Origin: Smithellaceae bacterium
GTDB lineage: Bacteria > Desulfobacterota > Syntrophia > Syntrophales > Smithellaceae
Direction of reading: 5' to 3'
NCBI GenBank assembly: GCA_963667845.2
Contig: CAXXVL010000002.1
Location: 2,368,001-2,432,000, forward strand
DNA length: 64,000 nucleotides
A model generated the notes under the pieces. The model was not told the origin of the DNA, made no database searches, and was given only the letters and a program-made list of their open reading frames with translations. Shown here piece by piece: positions 8,354 to 19,665 of this stretch (positions are counted from its first letter, which is position 1; every line of letters starts with the position of its first letter). The translations under genes and the position numbers were made by a program.

Positions 8354-10945
8354 GTGATTTGGCTCAAAAAGGCATACAGGTTTCTCCGTCAGGCGATGAG
8401 CATTCGTATCTGGTTGGCCAGTATTGTCGTTATTCTGCTCATCCTCCTGCTTGCCTTGACGGTGAACCATGCCCGCGAGAAGGAAATGGCGGATCTGTTC
8501 AGCCGTCAACAATTGGCCTCTGCTCAGAACGCCGCCGCCCGAATCACGGAAATCCTTGCGCAGGTCGAACGAAATATCGTCCTGTTTTCCTACTTTGATC
8601 CGGAAGGGAAGAAACTGACTCAGGAAAATTATCGGGAAATCGAGGGGCTGTATTCCGTCTGGGGCAAAACCATCGATGCGGTTCTGGTATTCGATGCGAA
8701 TGAAAAGATCAGACGAATTCTTCCTCAGGGCGCTCTGCCCAGTGTTGATCTGACGAGCCATTTCAGAGCATTGAAAAGACAGCAGAGACAATATTTGAAT
8801 CTGGCGTTATCGGATAAGCTGCCCAGAGAGTCCGAGGCCCAGAAGAAAGACTGGTATCTCATCTGGGGTTACCCCATTTGGCATGAGGATAATGTTTTTG
8901 CAGGAGCCTGGATGGTTTCCTTTTCGCTGGCCGAGCTTGTCGGTGCGGGCGAAAGGCAAGTCAGGGACAATCAGCTGGGCGATCTGTGGCTGATCAATGA
9001 ACAGGGACAGGTGCTGCTGCATCCCGACGCCTCCTACATCGGTAAGAATATCAGTGACCTTGTCAAAAATGATCAGGGAAGCGGATTGACGCTTCCTTCC
9101 GACCGTGTCCGTTACCTGGATTCGAAAATTCTCCAGAACAATGACAAAATGCAGAGAAGCGTTATCGCCTATCATCCGCTGCAGATTGCCGGCAACACCT
9201 GGTATGTCATGGTGACGGCTCCCTACAGTCGTGTCATTGCCCCTGTACGCACCACCTTTATTTATACGATGTTCAGCGCACTGGTGCTGATCCTGGTCCT
9301 GGTCGTCGTCGGCATCTTTTTCGCCTTTCGTGAAGGCAAAAGACTGAGGATGAGAGAAGAGCAGGAAAGGCTCAAGGAGCGTGAAGCCTGGCAGGAAAAG
9401 CTGCTTCGCGAGAAGAAGACGATCGACGGCATTATTGAAGGTTCTCCCATTCCCAGTTTCGTTATTAATAAGGAGCACCGTGTGATTCTCTGGAACAGGG
9501 CCTGCGAGGAATTGACGGGATGCTCCGCCAAGGACATGCTGGGCACCGACGAGCATTACAAATCTTTTTATTCTGTTAAGCGCCCGATGGTCGTCGATCT
9601 GATCGTCGATAACGATATTGACGCACTCAATAAATTCTATGGTTCGAAACGCGTGAAGAAATCAGATAAGGTTCTGAACGCCTACGAGGCCTATGACCAT
9701 TTTGAAAACCTGGGCGGTCTGAGCCGCTATATGTATTTTCTGGCAGCGCCGATTTACGACGAGGACGGCAATATCATAGCGGCGATGGAAACGCTGCAGG
9801 ATGTTTCGCGCGAGGAGGAACTCACGCGCAGCCTCAGGGAGTATGCAGAGACCCTTCAGAATGAGCTGGCGGAAAATATAGAACTGAGACGCGAGATTGA
9901 AGGGCTGTATAACTACATGCAATCGATCGTGAACAGCCTTCCGGACAAAATCTATGAGGTGGACAAGGACGGCATTGTTAATTTTATCAGCCGGGGTTTG
10001 AAAAAAAATCAAACCGAATTCAGAGGGAAGCATTTTCTGGAGTTTGTCGCACCTGAAGACGAAGCTTTCGTCACGTCGAAATGGGAGGATGCCAAAAGGG
10101 GAATATTCACGCCTTACGAAATTGAGGCCACAGCCCAGGACGGCCGCAAGGTCAATATCATGGTGACCACAGTCCCGGTTGTCGGTACGGACCATTATAT
10201 TCTGGTTCAGCGTGATATTACCGAATTCAAAAATCTGGAAAAGAAACTCTACAACAGCCAGAAACTGGCGGCGCTGGGACAGTTGTCGGCCGGCATCGCC
10301 CATGAAGTGCGCAATCCGCTTTCCTCCATTAAAATGAGCCTGCAGATCCTGGAGAAGCGTATGAGTCCGGAAGGCAATGATCTGAAGCGGTTCAAAATTG
10401 CCCAGAAGGAAGTAGAGCACCTAGAAGAGCTGGTTAATAATGTCCTCGTTTTTGCCAAACCGGTGGAACCCAAGATAGCATCGACGGATCTGGCGAAAGT
10501 TCTGGAACAGGCGATTACCCTGTCTGAAAAAATTCTTCACGACAAGCAAATTGAAATTAAACTCGAAGCCGGGGATGTCCCGCTGGTTAACGTGGATGCC
10601 GCAATGATCACGGATGCGTTTGTGAATGTCATCCGCAACGCGGCCGAGGCTACGGAAGAGAAAGGTTATATCCGCATTTACGCCCGCAGCATAGGCAGCC
10701 AGCCGCCGTCGGTCCTGGTCGTGGTGGAAGACAACGGCTGCGGCATTGACGAGGCGGATATGCCTCACCTGTTTAATCCTTTCTTTACAAAGAAGAAATA
10801 TGGTACAGGACTCGGGCTTTCGCAGGTTATGAAGATCGTGGAAGTGCATCAGGGAAAACTCGAGATTATCAGTGAAAAAGATAAAGGGACGAAGGTCTGC
10901 ATTACGCTGCCCAGCAGCGAGCTGCGGCATATCCCGGGAGAGTAA
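8354..10945 (+). CDS. Sensor histidine kinase (TM-Cache-TM, PAS, PAS, HisKA, HATPase)
   Basis: H-box AGIAHEVRNPL, N-box NVIRNA, G1 DNGCGI, F box LFNPFFT, G2 GTGLGL; start may be ATG 8396. Confidence 0.93.
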   Translation: MIWLKKAYRFLRQAMSIRIWLASIVVILLILLLALTVNHAREKEMADLFSRQQLASAQNAAARITEILAQVERNIVLFSYFDPEGKKLTQENYREIEGLYSVWGKTIDAVLVFDANEKIRRILPQGALPSVDLTSHFRALKRQQRQYLNLALSDKLPRESEAQKKDWYLIWGYPIWHEDNVFAGAWMVSFSLAELVGAGERQVRDNQLGDLWLINEQGQVLLHPDASYIGKNISDLVKNDQGSGLTLPSDRVRYLDSKILQNNDKMQRSVIAYHPLQIAGNTWYVMVTAPYSRVIAPVRTTFIYTMFSALVLILVLVVVGIFFAFREGKRLRMREEQERLKEREAWQEKLLREKKTIDGIIEGSPIPSFVINKEHRVILWNRACEELTGCSAKDMLGTDEHYKSFYSVKRPMVVDLIVDNDIDALNKFYGSKRVKKSDKVLNAYEAYDHFENLGGLSRYMYFLAAPIYDEDGNIIAAMETLQDVSREEELTRSLREYAETLQNELAENIELRREIEGLYNYMQSIVNSLPDKIYEVDKDGIVNFISRGLKKNQTEFRGKHFLEFVAPEDEAFVTSKWEDAKRGIFTPYEIEATAQDGRKVNIMVTTVPVVGTDHYILVQRDITEFKNLEKKLYNSQKLAALGQLSAGIAHEVRNPLSSIKMSLQILEKRMSPEGNDLKRFKIAQKEVEHLEELVNNVLVFAKPVEPKIASTDLAKVLEQAITLSEKILHDKQIEIKLEAGDVPLVNVDAAMITDAFVNVIRNAAEATEEKGYIRIYARSIGSQPPSVLVVVEDNGCGIDEADMPHLFNPFFTKKKYGTGLGLSQVMKIVEVHQGKLEIISEKDKGTKVCITLPSSELRHIPGE

Positions 10946-10986
10946 ATAATCTTAAACGGATCGCGCGGCAGAAGACATCCGTTCGA

Positions 10987-12390
10987 ATGGCGAAGGTTAC
11001 GACTATGGCGAGTATTCTGGTTATTGATGATGATGCATCGATTGTGGAGACGCTGGACCTGTACTTAACGGAAGAAGGATACTCCGTCCGGACTGCCCTG
11101 ACCGGAACCGATGGGTTAAATAAGTATGTTCAGGAACCTTCGGATGTAGTGATCCTGGATATCCGCCTGCCGGATGTCGACGGTTTTTCCGTTCTCGAAG
11201 ACCTGAAAGAAGAAAACGAAAACGCAAAAGTCATCATGATTACAGCCTTCCATGACATGGAGACAACCATCAACGCCATGAAGGGCGGGGCATTCGACTA
11301 TATCCATAAGCCGGTCAACGTCGATGAACTGGACCTGGCGATCAAGAAGGCCCTGAAGTCGCTGGAGATGGAGAAGAAAATCGACGGCCTGCTCATGGAA
11401 CCGTCCCGCAATTTCCGGGTCGGAGATATCATCGGGACCGGCAACGAGATGCGGGAGATTTTCAAGACGATCGGCATCGTTTCCAAAAGCCGCACCACCG
11501 TCCTTATTCAGGGCGAGAGCGGAACGGGCAAGGAACTTATCGCCAAGGTGATCCACAATAACACCTCGCCGGATGAACCCTTTATCGCCGTGAACTGTTC
11601 GGCTATCGTGGAGACGCTGCTGGAGTCCGAATTATTCGGTCATGAAAAAGGATCGTTTACGGGAGCCGTCGCCCGAAAACTGGGCAAATTTGAATTGGCC
11701 CGCTTTGGAACCGTATTTCTGGATGAAATCAGTGAAATGTCCGTCAACCTGCAGGCCAAGCTTCTGCGCGTTTTGCAGGAAATGGAATTCGAGCGCGTCG
11801 GGGGGAAGGATCGGGTGAAAGTAAATGCCCGCATCATGGCCGCGACGAATAAAGATTTAAAATTGATGGTTAAAGAAGGCAAATTCCGGGATGATCTCTA
11901 TTACCGTCTAAATATTGTTGCCATTAATCTGCCGCCCCTGCGCACGCGCCGCCAGGACATCCCGCCATTGATTGATTATCTGCTTTCCAAGATTAATCTG
12001 GATCTGCATAAAAAGGTCGTCGGTGTTTCCGGTGAAATGATGGAAAAATTTATGACGTATGACTGGCCGGGTAATATCCGCGAACTGGAGAACCTGCTGG
12101 TGAGGGCCTGCGTTGTCGCTAAAGGCCAGGTGCTGGGCGTCGGTGATTTCCCGGAATTGGGTAGAGATTATCCATCGATTGGGGCGCGAAAAGATGAAAC
12201 AGCGGATGTGTTCACGCCCGATGAGCCGGGCAAATTTTTAACCCTTGACCAGGTCGAAGAACGCTACATCCGTAAAATCATCAAGGAAACGGATAAAAAT
12301 AAAGGGGAAATCTGCGAAATACTCGGCATTTCCCGACCGACGTTTGAGAGGAAGCTGGAAAAGTACGGGATCTCTTTCGAGCGGGAGTAG
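10987..12390 (+). CDS. NtrC-family sigma-54-dependent response regulator
   Basis: REC (DDD, D, T, KP), Walker A GESGTGKE, ESELFGHEKGSFTGA, WPGNIREL, Fis-type HTH. Confidence 0.95.
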   Translation: MAKVTTMASILVIDDDASIVETLDLYLTEEGYSVRTALTGTDGLNKYVQEPSDVVILDIRLPDVDGFSVLEDLKEENENAKVIMITAFHDMETTINAMKGGAFDYIHKPVNVDELDLAIKKALKSLEMEKKIDGLLMEPSRNFRVGDIIGTGNEMREIFKTIGIVSKSRTTVLIQGESGTGKELIAKVIHNNTSPDEPFIAVNCSAIVETLLESELFGHEKGSFTGAVARKLGKFELARFGTVFLDEISEMSVNLQAKLLRVLQEMEFERVGGKDRVKVNARIMAATNKDLKLMVKEGKFRDDLYYRLNIVAINLPPLRTRRQDIPPLIDYLLSKINLDLHKKVVGVSGEMMEKFMTYDWPGNIRELENLLVRACVVAKGQVLGVGDFPELGRDYPSIGARKDETADVFTPDEPGKFLTLDQVEERYIRKIIKETDKNKGEICEILGISRPTFERKLEKYGISFERE

Positions 12391-12391
12391 G

Positions 12392-12512
12392 GGGCTGTTG
12401 AAAAACGCTCATCTGCTGCGTTCCGCGGCGCCCTTCGTCACTGCGGCGTATGGATATACGCCTCATTCCTCAGGGCTTGCGCGCCTTGCATCTAAGCATT
12501 TTTGAACAGCCC
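12392..12512. repeat. ~120-bp palindromic MITE/REP-like element, copy A
   Basis: Terminal IR GGGCTGTT.AAAA...TTTTGAACAGCCC; internal motifs shared with 13665, 27575 and 31121. Confidence 0.8.
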
Positions 12513-12632
12513 TGAAAATTGAAGTCACTTCTCACAAGGAATACGCTTGTATTCAAAATCAAAATAGGGGTGTCTCCAACTTTCTTATTTTAGCGTTTTA
12601 AAAAAACTATCGTGCTGTTTTCGGAATTTCTT

Positions 12633-13562
12633 ATGAGCAATAAAGATGAAAATACTTGGGCCTATTACGAAAAGAAATTGGAATCGATCTCAAGACACAA
12701 TCATGTTCCATATGGTCGTGCTTTCATGTTGTTTGACAGCGAGGAGGAGCATTTCAAGAAATGTCTGACTTATAAAGGTTATTTATCTTTATCAGATGCT
12801 TTCAAATGCATTTTTCTTGAAACGATGGAACTTTTTGATATTGAATGCCGTCCGAAGATTAAGAGTTCGGTTTCAAGATCGTACCCATTGTTTGTTCCAC
12901 GTCTTGTGCATAGTTATAAATCACTCTGCGGTTCCGAACGTATTGCTTTAAAAGGATATCCTCTGCAAGCATATACTCTACTTAGAAATACTTTTGATAA
13001 CATTGTTGTGGTGTCTGCAGTATTGCAGGGTATTACAGACTTTCACAGTGCTGATGGTATTGATAGAATCGAATCTGGGGGAGAAATTGATCTTAAACAG
13101 ATAAGAAATAAAAAGAAAGCAACAGAATTTGATGTTCGCTCCAAAATGACTGGAGCACGAAGTGGACTTAGCCAAACTACTATAAACGAATTGGCGATAT
13201 GGGATGATATGTTTGACTGGGAGACTCATGGTTCTCGGCTATCATTATCTAGTTCTCTTTCTTGGATGCAAGGCCAAGAACCCCTATCAGTATTGCCAGA
13301 ATTTCTGGAGCGTGAATTTGCGATGTTCATGAATCGTTATTGCGAAATAGCTTGGATGGTCCATCGACTTCTTCCCATGATTCAATTCTCAGAAGCCCCT
13401 TTAGGAAATTCTTGGAACGAAAAATGGTGCATAATTGATACATCCTTTGAATTAATGGTTACTTCTCTTACGGTACAAGCTGGCAAACCAATTGGTGCGG
13501 CTATCGTTGAGTTCGTAAAGCAAAAATTTCCTTTTAACGAAAAATCAGTGTTTCCTTTGTGA
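12633..13562 (+). CDS. Hypothetical protein, AT-rich, likely horizontally acquired
   Basis: Long ORF (GTG 12612 or ATG 12633) with visibly A/T-ending codons unlike its neighbours; no confidently recognised domain. Confidence 0.75.
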   Translation: MSNKDENTWAYYEKKLESISRHNHVPYGRAFMLFDSEEEHFKKCLTYKGYLSLSDAFKCIFLETMELFDIECRPKIKSSVSRSYPLFVPRLVHSYKSLCGSERIALKGYPLQAYTLLRNTFDNIVVVSAVLQGITDFHSADGIDRIESGGEIDLKQIRNKKKATEFDVRSKMTGARSGLSQTTINELAIWDDMFDWETHGSRLSLSSSLSWMQGQEPLSVLPEFLEREFAMFMNRYCEIAWMVHRLLPMIQFSEAPLGNSWNEKWCIIDTSFELMVTSLTVQAGKPIGAAIVEFVKQKFPFNEKSVFPL

Positions 13563-13664
13563 ATAATCACTGGTAGGATACTTTAAAGGTGAACTAAAGG
13601 TGACTGTGGCAGGTCTTCGCTTGGCGCTGCTTAGAAAGTAAATTTAAAAAATTATTAAGAATTA

Positions 13665-13787
13665 GGGCTGTTCAAAAGTGCTGAGATGCTAGGCGCACAA
13701 GAAGCCTGCCGCGAGGCGTATCATTTGATACGTTGAGCGGCGGCCTTTGCAGCGCAACAACGCAGATCGGTACTTTTCAACAGTCCC
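13665..13787. repeat. ~120-bp palindromic MITE/REP-like element, copy B (inverted relative to A)
   Basis: Reverse complement contains ATCTGC..GTTGCGC, CGTA...TACGCCTC and GCGCCTAGCATCTCAGCACTTTTGAACAGCCC, matching copy A. Confidence 0.78.
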
Positions 13788-13796
13788 GAGGAAATT

Positions 13797-14396
13797 ATGA
13801 AAATTATTAGTGCCGATTTTATCAAAAGCGCCGTCTGGCCGGCCCAGTACCCGCCGGGGACCATGCCGGAGATCGCCTTCGTGGGGCGGTCCAATGTCGG
13901 GAAGTCATCGCTGATGAATACGCTTGTCGGGCGGAAGAAACTGGCCAAGACCAGCAATACGCCGGGGCGAACCCAGCTCATCAATTTTTTTGTCATCAAT
14001 GAGTCAATTTCCCTTGTTGATTTGCCCGGTTATGGTTTCGCCAAGGTGGCTCAGTCCGTTAAAAAAGACTGGGGCGACATGATGGAAACTTATTTGCGCG
14101 AACGCCCGAATCTGGCCATGGTCATCTCCATTTTGGATATTCGCCGCGATCCCAATCCGGACGATTTGTCCCTGCATGAGTGGCTCACTCATTATCGGAT
14201 TCCTTATGTTGTTGTCCTGACCAAGACGGATAAATTGTCGAATAATCAGGCTATTGCGAGAAAGCGGCTTATCGAGAAGGCCCTGGGTGCAACGGTTCAT
14301 CAAAGAGCCGTCCTTTTTTCAGCTAAAACGCAGAAAGGAAAGGAAGAGCTTTGGCAGATTCTCGAGAATCATCTAAATTCGCTTGAAAAACAATAG
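13797..14396 (+). CDS. yihA: Ribosome biogenesis GTPase YihA/EngB
   Basis: GRSNVGKSS, SNTPGRT, DLPGYG, TKTDK. Confidence 0.95.
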   Translation: MKIISADFIKSAVWPAQYPPGTMPEIAFVGRSNVGKSSLMNTLVGRKKLAKTSNTPGRTQLINFFVINESISLVDLPGYGFAKVAQSVKKDWGDMMETYLRERPNLAMVISILDIRRDPNPDDLSLHEWLTHYRIPYVVVLTKTDKLSNNQAIARKRLIEKALGATVHQRAVLFSAKTQKGKEELWQILENHLNSLEKQ

Positions 14397-14711
14397 CATG
14401 TACGGGATTGAAAAAGAGAGATCTTTTTTCGGTTGCCTGCGGGAGAGCTCAAGATTTTAAATTCAGGAATAAATCCGGCTAAGATATGAATTTTATTTTG
14501 AAGAATGTCCATGACGATAATCAATATATTATGAACGATGGTCAAGCATTTATATTAATTAATTCAATCGTTTGTACGTTAAATTTCAAATAAATTCATC
14601 TTCTGCCCTTGACATGATGCATAAAGTATGTTAGCGGACGAACGCTGGTCGGGGGATTTCCCGGGGCAGTTGTTAAAATGAGTTTTTACATAAATTACGA
14701 GGTGTAATCAC

Positions 14712-17700
14712 GTGATCAAAGATAACGAAAAAGTTGGTGCAGTAATGGTGGTTGGTTCGGGAATTGCCGGCATTCAGGCGTCCCTCGATTTGGCCAATTC
14801 CGGAATGAAGGTCTATCTCGTGGAAAACGGGATCAGCATCGGCGGCGTCATGGCCCAGCTGGATAAAACATTTCCTACAAATGACTGCTCAGCCTGTATT
14901 CTGTCGCCGAAACTGGTTGAAGTCGGCCGTCATCCGAATGTGACGATCAAAACAAGACGCACCGTAGAGTCTGTCGAAGGCGAACCGGGAAAATTCAAAG
15001 TCAAACTGACTTCCGCTCCCCGTTACATCGATCTGGACAAATGCACGGGCTGCGGCGACTGCGCTAAAGTCTGTCCGATTACCGTCAAGGCCGAATTCAA
15101 CGGCAATTTAAGCGAACGAAAGGCCGTATATCGGCACTTCCCGCAGGCTATTCCCAGCGGTTTTGCCATCGACAAACTGGGAACATCGCCCTGTAAGGCC
15201 AACTGCCCGACGCATATCAGCGTTCAGGGGTATGTGGCGCTCATCGCCGAAGGAAAATATAAAGAAGCCCTCAAGCTTATCAAGAAGGACAACCCGTTCC
15301 CCATCGTTTGCGGCCGGGTCTGTAACCATCCCTGCGAAACCGCCTGTATGCGGGGAAAGGTGGAAGAACCGATCGACATCATGCACCTGAAGCGTTTTGT
15401 CGCAGATCTGGACCTGAATAGCGACACGCGATACCTTCCCGAAAAGAAGGAAAGCAAGGGCAAGAAAATTGCCGTGGTCGGCGCCGGTCCTTCCGGCCTC
15501 ACCTGTGCGTATTACCTGGCGATCGAAGGCTACGACGTGGAAGTATTTGAATCCCTGCCGGTAGCGGGCGGCTGGATGGCCGTCGGCATCCCCGAGTATC
15601 GCCTGCCCAAGAATGTTCTCAATGCGGAAATCAAAGTCATTGAGGACCTGGGTGTGAAGATTCACCTCAACACCAAGATTGGCAAAGACATTTCCTTCGA
15701 TAAACTCAAAAGTGATTATAGCGCGGTCTTCATCGGCTGCGGTACCATGAAGAGCAGCAAGCTCAATATTCCCGGCGAAGACATGCAGGGCGTCATCCAC
15801 GGTGTGGATTACCTGATGCAGATCAACCTGGGGAAGAATGTGTCCTTAGGCGACCGGGTTGCCGTGATCGGCGGCGGTAACGTTGCGATGGATGCGGTCC
15901 GCACAGCGGTTCGCACCGGATCCAAAAATGTCTTCATCCTCTATCGACGGACCCGCGCTGAAATGCCGGCTTCTCCCGAAGAAATCGAAGAAGCGATTGA
16001 AGAAGGAATTGAAATGAAATTCCTCGTTGCCCCCAAGCGAGTCGTGGGCAAGGATGGAAAAGTCACCGGCATCGAATGCACGCGCATGGAGCTGGGCGAA
16101 CCGGATAAAAGCGGCCGCCGCCGTCCCATTGAAATCAAAGGTTCCGAATTCATCGTCGAGTGCGACGCCATCGTTCCGGCCATCGGCCAGGAAGCCGATC
16201 TGTCGTTCATTACGAAAGAAAGCGGCGTTTCGATCAATAAGTGGAATAACGTCGATTATGATGCGATTACTTACGCAACGAATATCCCCGGCGTGTTCTC
16301 CGGCGGTGACGTGGTCACCGGTCCGCAGACCGTCGTAAAAGCCGTCTTCTCCGGTAAGGAAGCAGCCAAGTCCATCGACTTGTATCTGCAGGGCGCTGAT
16401 ATGAAGGCCGGCCGCGAAAAAGACTGGACCAAGGATCTGGCGGATAAAGCAGATGTCTCCGGCCTGCCCAAAGTCCCCCGTGAAAAATATCCGAACATGA
16501 AACCGGAAGAACGCCGCACCAGCTTCCAGGAAGTGGGCATCGGCTTCTCCGAGGCCCAGGCGATTGCGGAAGCGCATCGCTGCCTGGCTTGCGGCATTTG
16601 CTCCGAGTGTTATCAGTGCGTGGACGCCTGTATCGCCAAGGCCATCGACCACGACATGAAAGTTGAAGAAGAAACGATCGAAGTCGGCGCCGTCATCGCA
16701 TCGGCCGGGTTTGAAATCTTTGACGCCAGCAAGCGCGGTGAATATGGCTATGGCATATATAAGAACGTGGTTACCGCACTTCAATTTGAACGTATTCTGT
16801 CCGCTTCCGGTCCTTTCTTCGGACACGTCCAGCGGATTTCCGACGGGAAGGAACCGAAGAAGGTTGCTTTTATTCAATGCGTCGGCTCCCGCGATGTGTC
16901 CTGCGACAACAGCTGGTGTTCATCGGTTTGCTGCATGTACGCGACCAAGGAAGCGATCATCGGCAAGGAACACGCCAAGGGGCTCGAACCCACCATTTTC
17001 TACATGGACATCCGCGCCCACGGCAAGGATTTCGACCGGTTCGTCAACCGTGCCAAAGACGAATACGGCATCCGCTACATCCGCTCCATGCCGTCCGCCA
17101 TTAAAGAAATGCAGCAGACCAACAATCTGCTGATCAAATATGTCAATCAGGATGGCAGCTTCACCGAGGAAGAATTCGACATGGTCGTTCTTTCCGTCGG
17201 TCTCATGCCGCCTAAAGATGCCAAAAAGTTGTCCGCCAGCCTCGGTATTGAGCTTGAGGAACACGGGTTCTGCAAAACGTCTCTGGAAAATCCCGTGCAA
17301 ACTTCGCGCCCTGGCGTCTTTGTCTGCGGTGCCTTCGGTGGACCGAAAGACATTCCCGAAACCGTTATGGAGGCCTCGGCTGCCGCCGCTTGCGCGGAAG
17401 GCCTGCTCGCTTCCCGGCGCGGCACCATGATTACCCCGGCGGATAATCCGGAAGAAAAGGATCTGCGCGGTCAGGGCGTGCGCACCGGCGTGTTTGTCTG
17501 CCACTGCGGTATCAATATCGGTGGTGTCGTTAATGTGCCCGAAGTCCGGGACTATGCCGCCACGCTGCCCACTGTCGTTTACACGGCTGACAATCTTTTC
17601 ACCTGTTCACAGGATACCGCTGTAAAAATGGCGGAAGTCATCAAAGAAAAAGATCTGACCCGCGTGGTCGTCGCTTCCTGCTCGCCCCGTACGCACGAAG

Positions 17701-19139
17701 GGCTTTTCCAGGAAAACTGCGAAAAGGCCGGCCTCAACCGGTATCTGTTCGAGATGGCCAATATCCGCGACCAGAATTCCTGGGTGCATATGCACGAACC
17801 TGAAGCAGCCACCCAGAAAGCCAAAGACCTGCTGCGGATGGCCGTCGCCAAGGCTCAGTATCTTAAACCGTTGAAACCCGGTCAGCTGTCCGTCAACCAT
17901 CAGGCGCTGATCATCGGTGGCGGTTTGGCCGGCATGACCGCAGCTCTGTCGCTCGCCGATCAGGGGTTCGCCTCCTTCCTCATTGAGAAGGAAGACAGGC
18001 TGGGCGGCAATTACAATCACCTGTATAAGACCCTGGAAGGCCTCGATGCTCAGGCACACCTGAAAGGTCTTCTCGATAAAATTTATAAGAATCCCTTAAT
18101 CACCGTCGTCACTTCCGCCCATATCGAAAAGATTGACGGGTTTATCGGCAATTACAAAACCACCGTGAAGGCCAAAGACGGTGAGAAAGTCTTTGAACAC
18201 GGCATCGTGCTGGTAGCCACCGGCGCTTATGAAAACAAACCGAAAGAGTACCTCTTCGGTCAAAATGCGAAAGTCAAAAGCCAGCGCGAGCTGGAGACGA
18301 TGATCTATGAGAAAGATGCGAAGCTGGCCTCTGTGAAGAATGTGGTCATGATTCAATGCGTCGGCAGCCGCGATAAGGAAAGACCGTATTGCAGCCGCTA
18401 CTGCTGCTCGGAGGCCGTCAAGAACGCACTCGAACTCAAAGCGGCCGATCCGACACGCGACATTACCATTCTGTATCGTGATATCCGCACCTTCGCGTTC
18501 AAGGAAGACTATTACAAGAAAGCCCGGGAAGCGAATGTCAAGTTTATCTCGTTTGAAGAAAACCGCAAACCGGAAGTCGTGGCAGCCGGCGATAAAGTGG
18601 AAGTCAAGGTATTCGATCCGATTCTCAATGAAGCCGTCAGTCTGCCCGCGGATGTCGTGGCTCTGAGCATCGGCGTTGTGCCGAATCCCGAAAACGCGGC
18701 GATCGGCCAGATGCTGAAAATACCCACGAACCAGGATGGCTTCTTCCTGGAAGCGCACGTTAAACTGCGCCCGGTCGATTTCGCCACCGACGGCGTGTTC
18801 ATGTGCGGTATGTCGCATTCACCGAAGTTCAGCGACGAAACGGTCACGCAGGCCAACGCCGCCGTTTCGCGCGCCTGCCTGGTCTTAAGTCTTGATTTCA
18901 TCGAGGCGGAAGGCAAAACGGCGTTCGTCAACAAGGAACGCTGTTCGGCTTGCGGTCTTTGCGAGATCAACTGTCCCTACAGCGCGATTAGCGTGAACGT
19001 TGCGGAGGGTTGCGCCGAAGTGAACGCAGTTCTTTGCAAGGGCTGCGGAGTCTGCACGGCATCCTGCCGGATGAACGCCGTAGACCTCAATGGGTTCAAT
19101 AACGAAGAAGTGCTGGCACAGATATTTAATTTAAACTAA
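14712..19139 (+). CDS. Large HdrA-like flavoprotein with inserted GltD-like NAD(P)H-binding module (HdrL-type)
   Basis: [19 protein letters not shown], ferredoxin motifs, [24 protein letters not shown] insert, [14 protein letters not shown], second HdrA-like module ([14 protein letters not shown]), C-terminal 2x[4Fe-4S]. Confidence 0.9.
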   Translation: MIKDNEKVGAVMVVGSGIAGIQASLDLANSGMKVYLVENGISIGGVMAQLDKTFPTNDCSACILSPKLVEVGRHPNVTIKTRRTVESVEGEPGKFKVKLTSAPRYIDLDKCTGCGDCAKVCPITVKAEFNGNLSERKAVYRHFPQAIPSGFAIDKLGTSPCKANCPTHISVQGYVALIAEGKYKEALKLIKKDNPFPIVCGRVCNHPCETACMRGKVEEPIDIMHLKRFVADLDLNSDTRYLPEKKESKGKKIAVVGAGPSGLTCAYYLAIEGYDVEVFESLPVAGGWMAVGIPEYRLPKNVLNAEIKVIEDLGVKIHLNTKIGKDISFDKLKSDYSAVFIGCGTMKSSKLNIPGEDMQGVIHGVDYLMQINLGKNVSLGDRVAVIGGGNVAMDAVRTAVRTGSKNVFILYRRTRAEMPASPEEIEEAIEEGIEMKFLVAPKRVVGKDGKVTGIECTRMELGEPDKSGRRRPIEIKGSEFIVECDAIVPAIGQEADLSFITKESGVSINKWNNVDYDAITYATNIPGVFSGGDVVTGPQTVVKAVFSGKEAAKSIDLYLQGADMKAGREKDWTKDLADKADVSGLPKVPREKYPNMKPEERRTSFQEVGIGFSEAQAIAEAHRCLACGICSECYQCVDACIAKAIDHDMKVEEETIEVGAVIASAGFEIFDASKRGEYGYGIYKNVVTALQFERILSASGPFFGHVQRISDGKEPKKVAFIQCVGSRDVSCDNSWCSSVCCMYATKEAIIGKEHAKGLEPTIFYMDIRAHGKDFDRFVNRAKDEYGIRYIRSMPSAIKEMQQTNNLLIKYVNQDGSFTEEEFDMVVLSVGLMPPKDAKKLSASLGIELEEHGFCKTSLENPVQTSRPGVFVCGAFGGPKDIPETVMEASAAAACAEGLLASRRGTMITPADNPEEKDLRGQGVRTGVFVCHCGINIGGVVNVPEVRDYAATLPTVVYTADNLFTCSQDTAVKMAEVIKEKDLTRVVVASCSPRTHEGLFQENCEKAGLNRYLFEMANIRDQNSWVHMHEPEAATQKAKDLLRMAVAKAQYLKPLKPGQLSVNHQALIIGGGLAGMTAALSLADQGFASFLIEKEDRLGGNYNHLYKTLEGLDAQAHLKGLLDKIYKNPLITVVTSAHIEKIDGFIGNYKTTVKAKDGEKVFEHGIVLVATGAYENKPKEYLFGQNAKVKSQRELETMIYEKDAKLASVKNVVMIQCVGSRDKERPYCSRYCCSEAVKNALELKAADPTRDITILYRDIRTFAFKEDYYKKAREANVKFISFEENRKPEVVAAGDKVEVKVFDPILNEAVSLPADVVALSIGVVPNPENAAIGQMLKIPTNQDGFFLEAHVKLRPVDFATDGVFMCGMSHSPKFSDETVTQANAAVSRACLVLSLDFIEAEGKTAFVNKERCSACGLCEINCPYSAISVNVAEGCAEVNAVLCKGCGVCTASCRMNAVDLNGFNNEEVLAQIFNLN

Positions 19140-19182
19140 GGTAACCGGCTCTCAAGCCGCATTGCCGCTCGAAGGAGAATAT

Positions 19183-19623
19183 ATGGCTGAAAACTTAGCA
19201 AACAAGGAATGGGAACCGAAATTCGTTGCCATTGTCTGCAACTGGTGTACATACGCCGGAGCCGACCTGGCCGGGATCAGCAGAATTCAGTACCCGACCA
19301 ACGTCCGTATCATCCGCGTTCCCTGCACGGGAAGAATAAATCCGTTTTATATCGTGAAAGCCCTGCAGAGCGGAGCCGACGGCGTTCTGGTTTCGGGTTG
19401 ACACCCGGGTGAATGCCACTATATCTCAGGAAATCTGGTGGCGCGCCGCAAGTTTGCGACGTTAAAAAGTTTCCTGAATTACATCGGTGTGGAAGGCGAC
19501 AGAACCATCTTTACCTGGGTTTCTGCCTCCGAAGGTGACAGATGGGCACAGGTCATCAAAGGTGCTACGGAGAAAATAAGGGCACTGGGACCGGCCAAGA
19601 AGATGCTCAAAAAGATTGGTTAG
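19183..19623 (+). CDS. mvhD: MvhD/FlxD-type [2Fe-2S] subunit, selenoprotein (UGA at 19399-19401)
   Basis: Two track ORFs are in one frame across TGA: GVLVSG-U-HPGECHY aligns with GVLVGG-C-HPGDCHY of the paralog at 27835; AAGGAG RBS. Confidence 0.92.
19415..19442 (+). promoter_or_regulatory. Candidate bacterial SECIS hairpin
   Basis: GCCACTA...TGGTGGC stem beginning 14 nt after the in-frame TGA. Confidence 0.55.
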
Positions 19624-19665
19624 TCTGATTAAAGATTATAATAAATAAACGGGGAAATCATCACT

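Noticed and set aside
19162..19623. mvhD as a pseudogene or two separate ORFs
   Set aside because: The stop is an in-frame TGA at a conserved Cys position, consistent with selenocysteine
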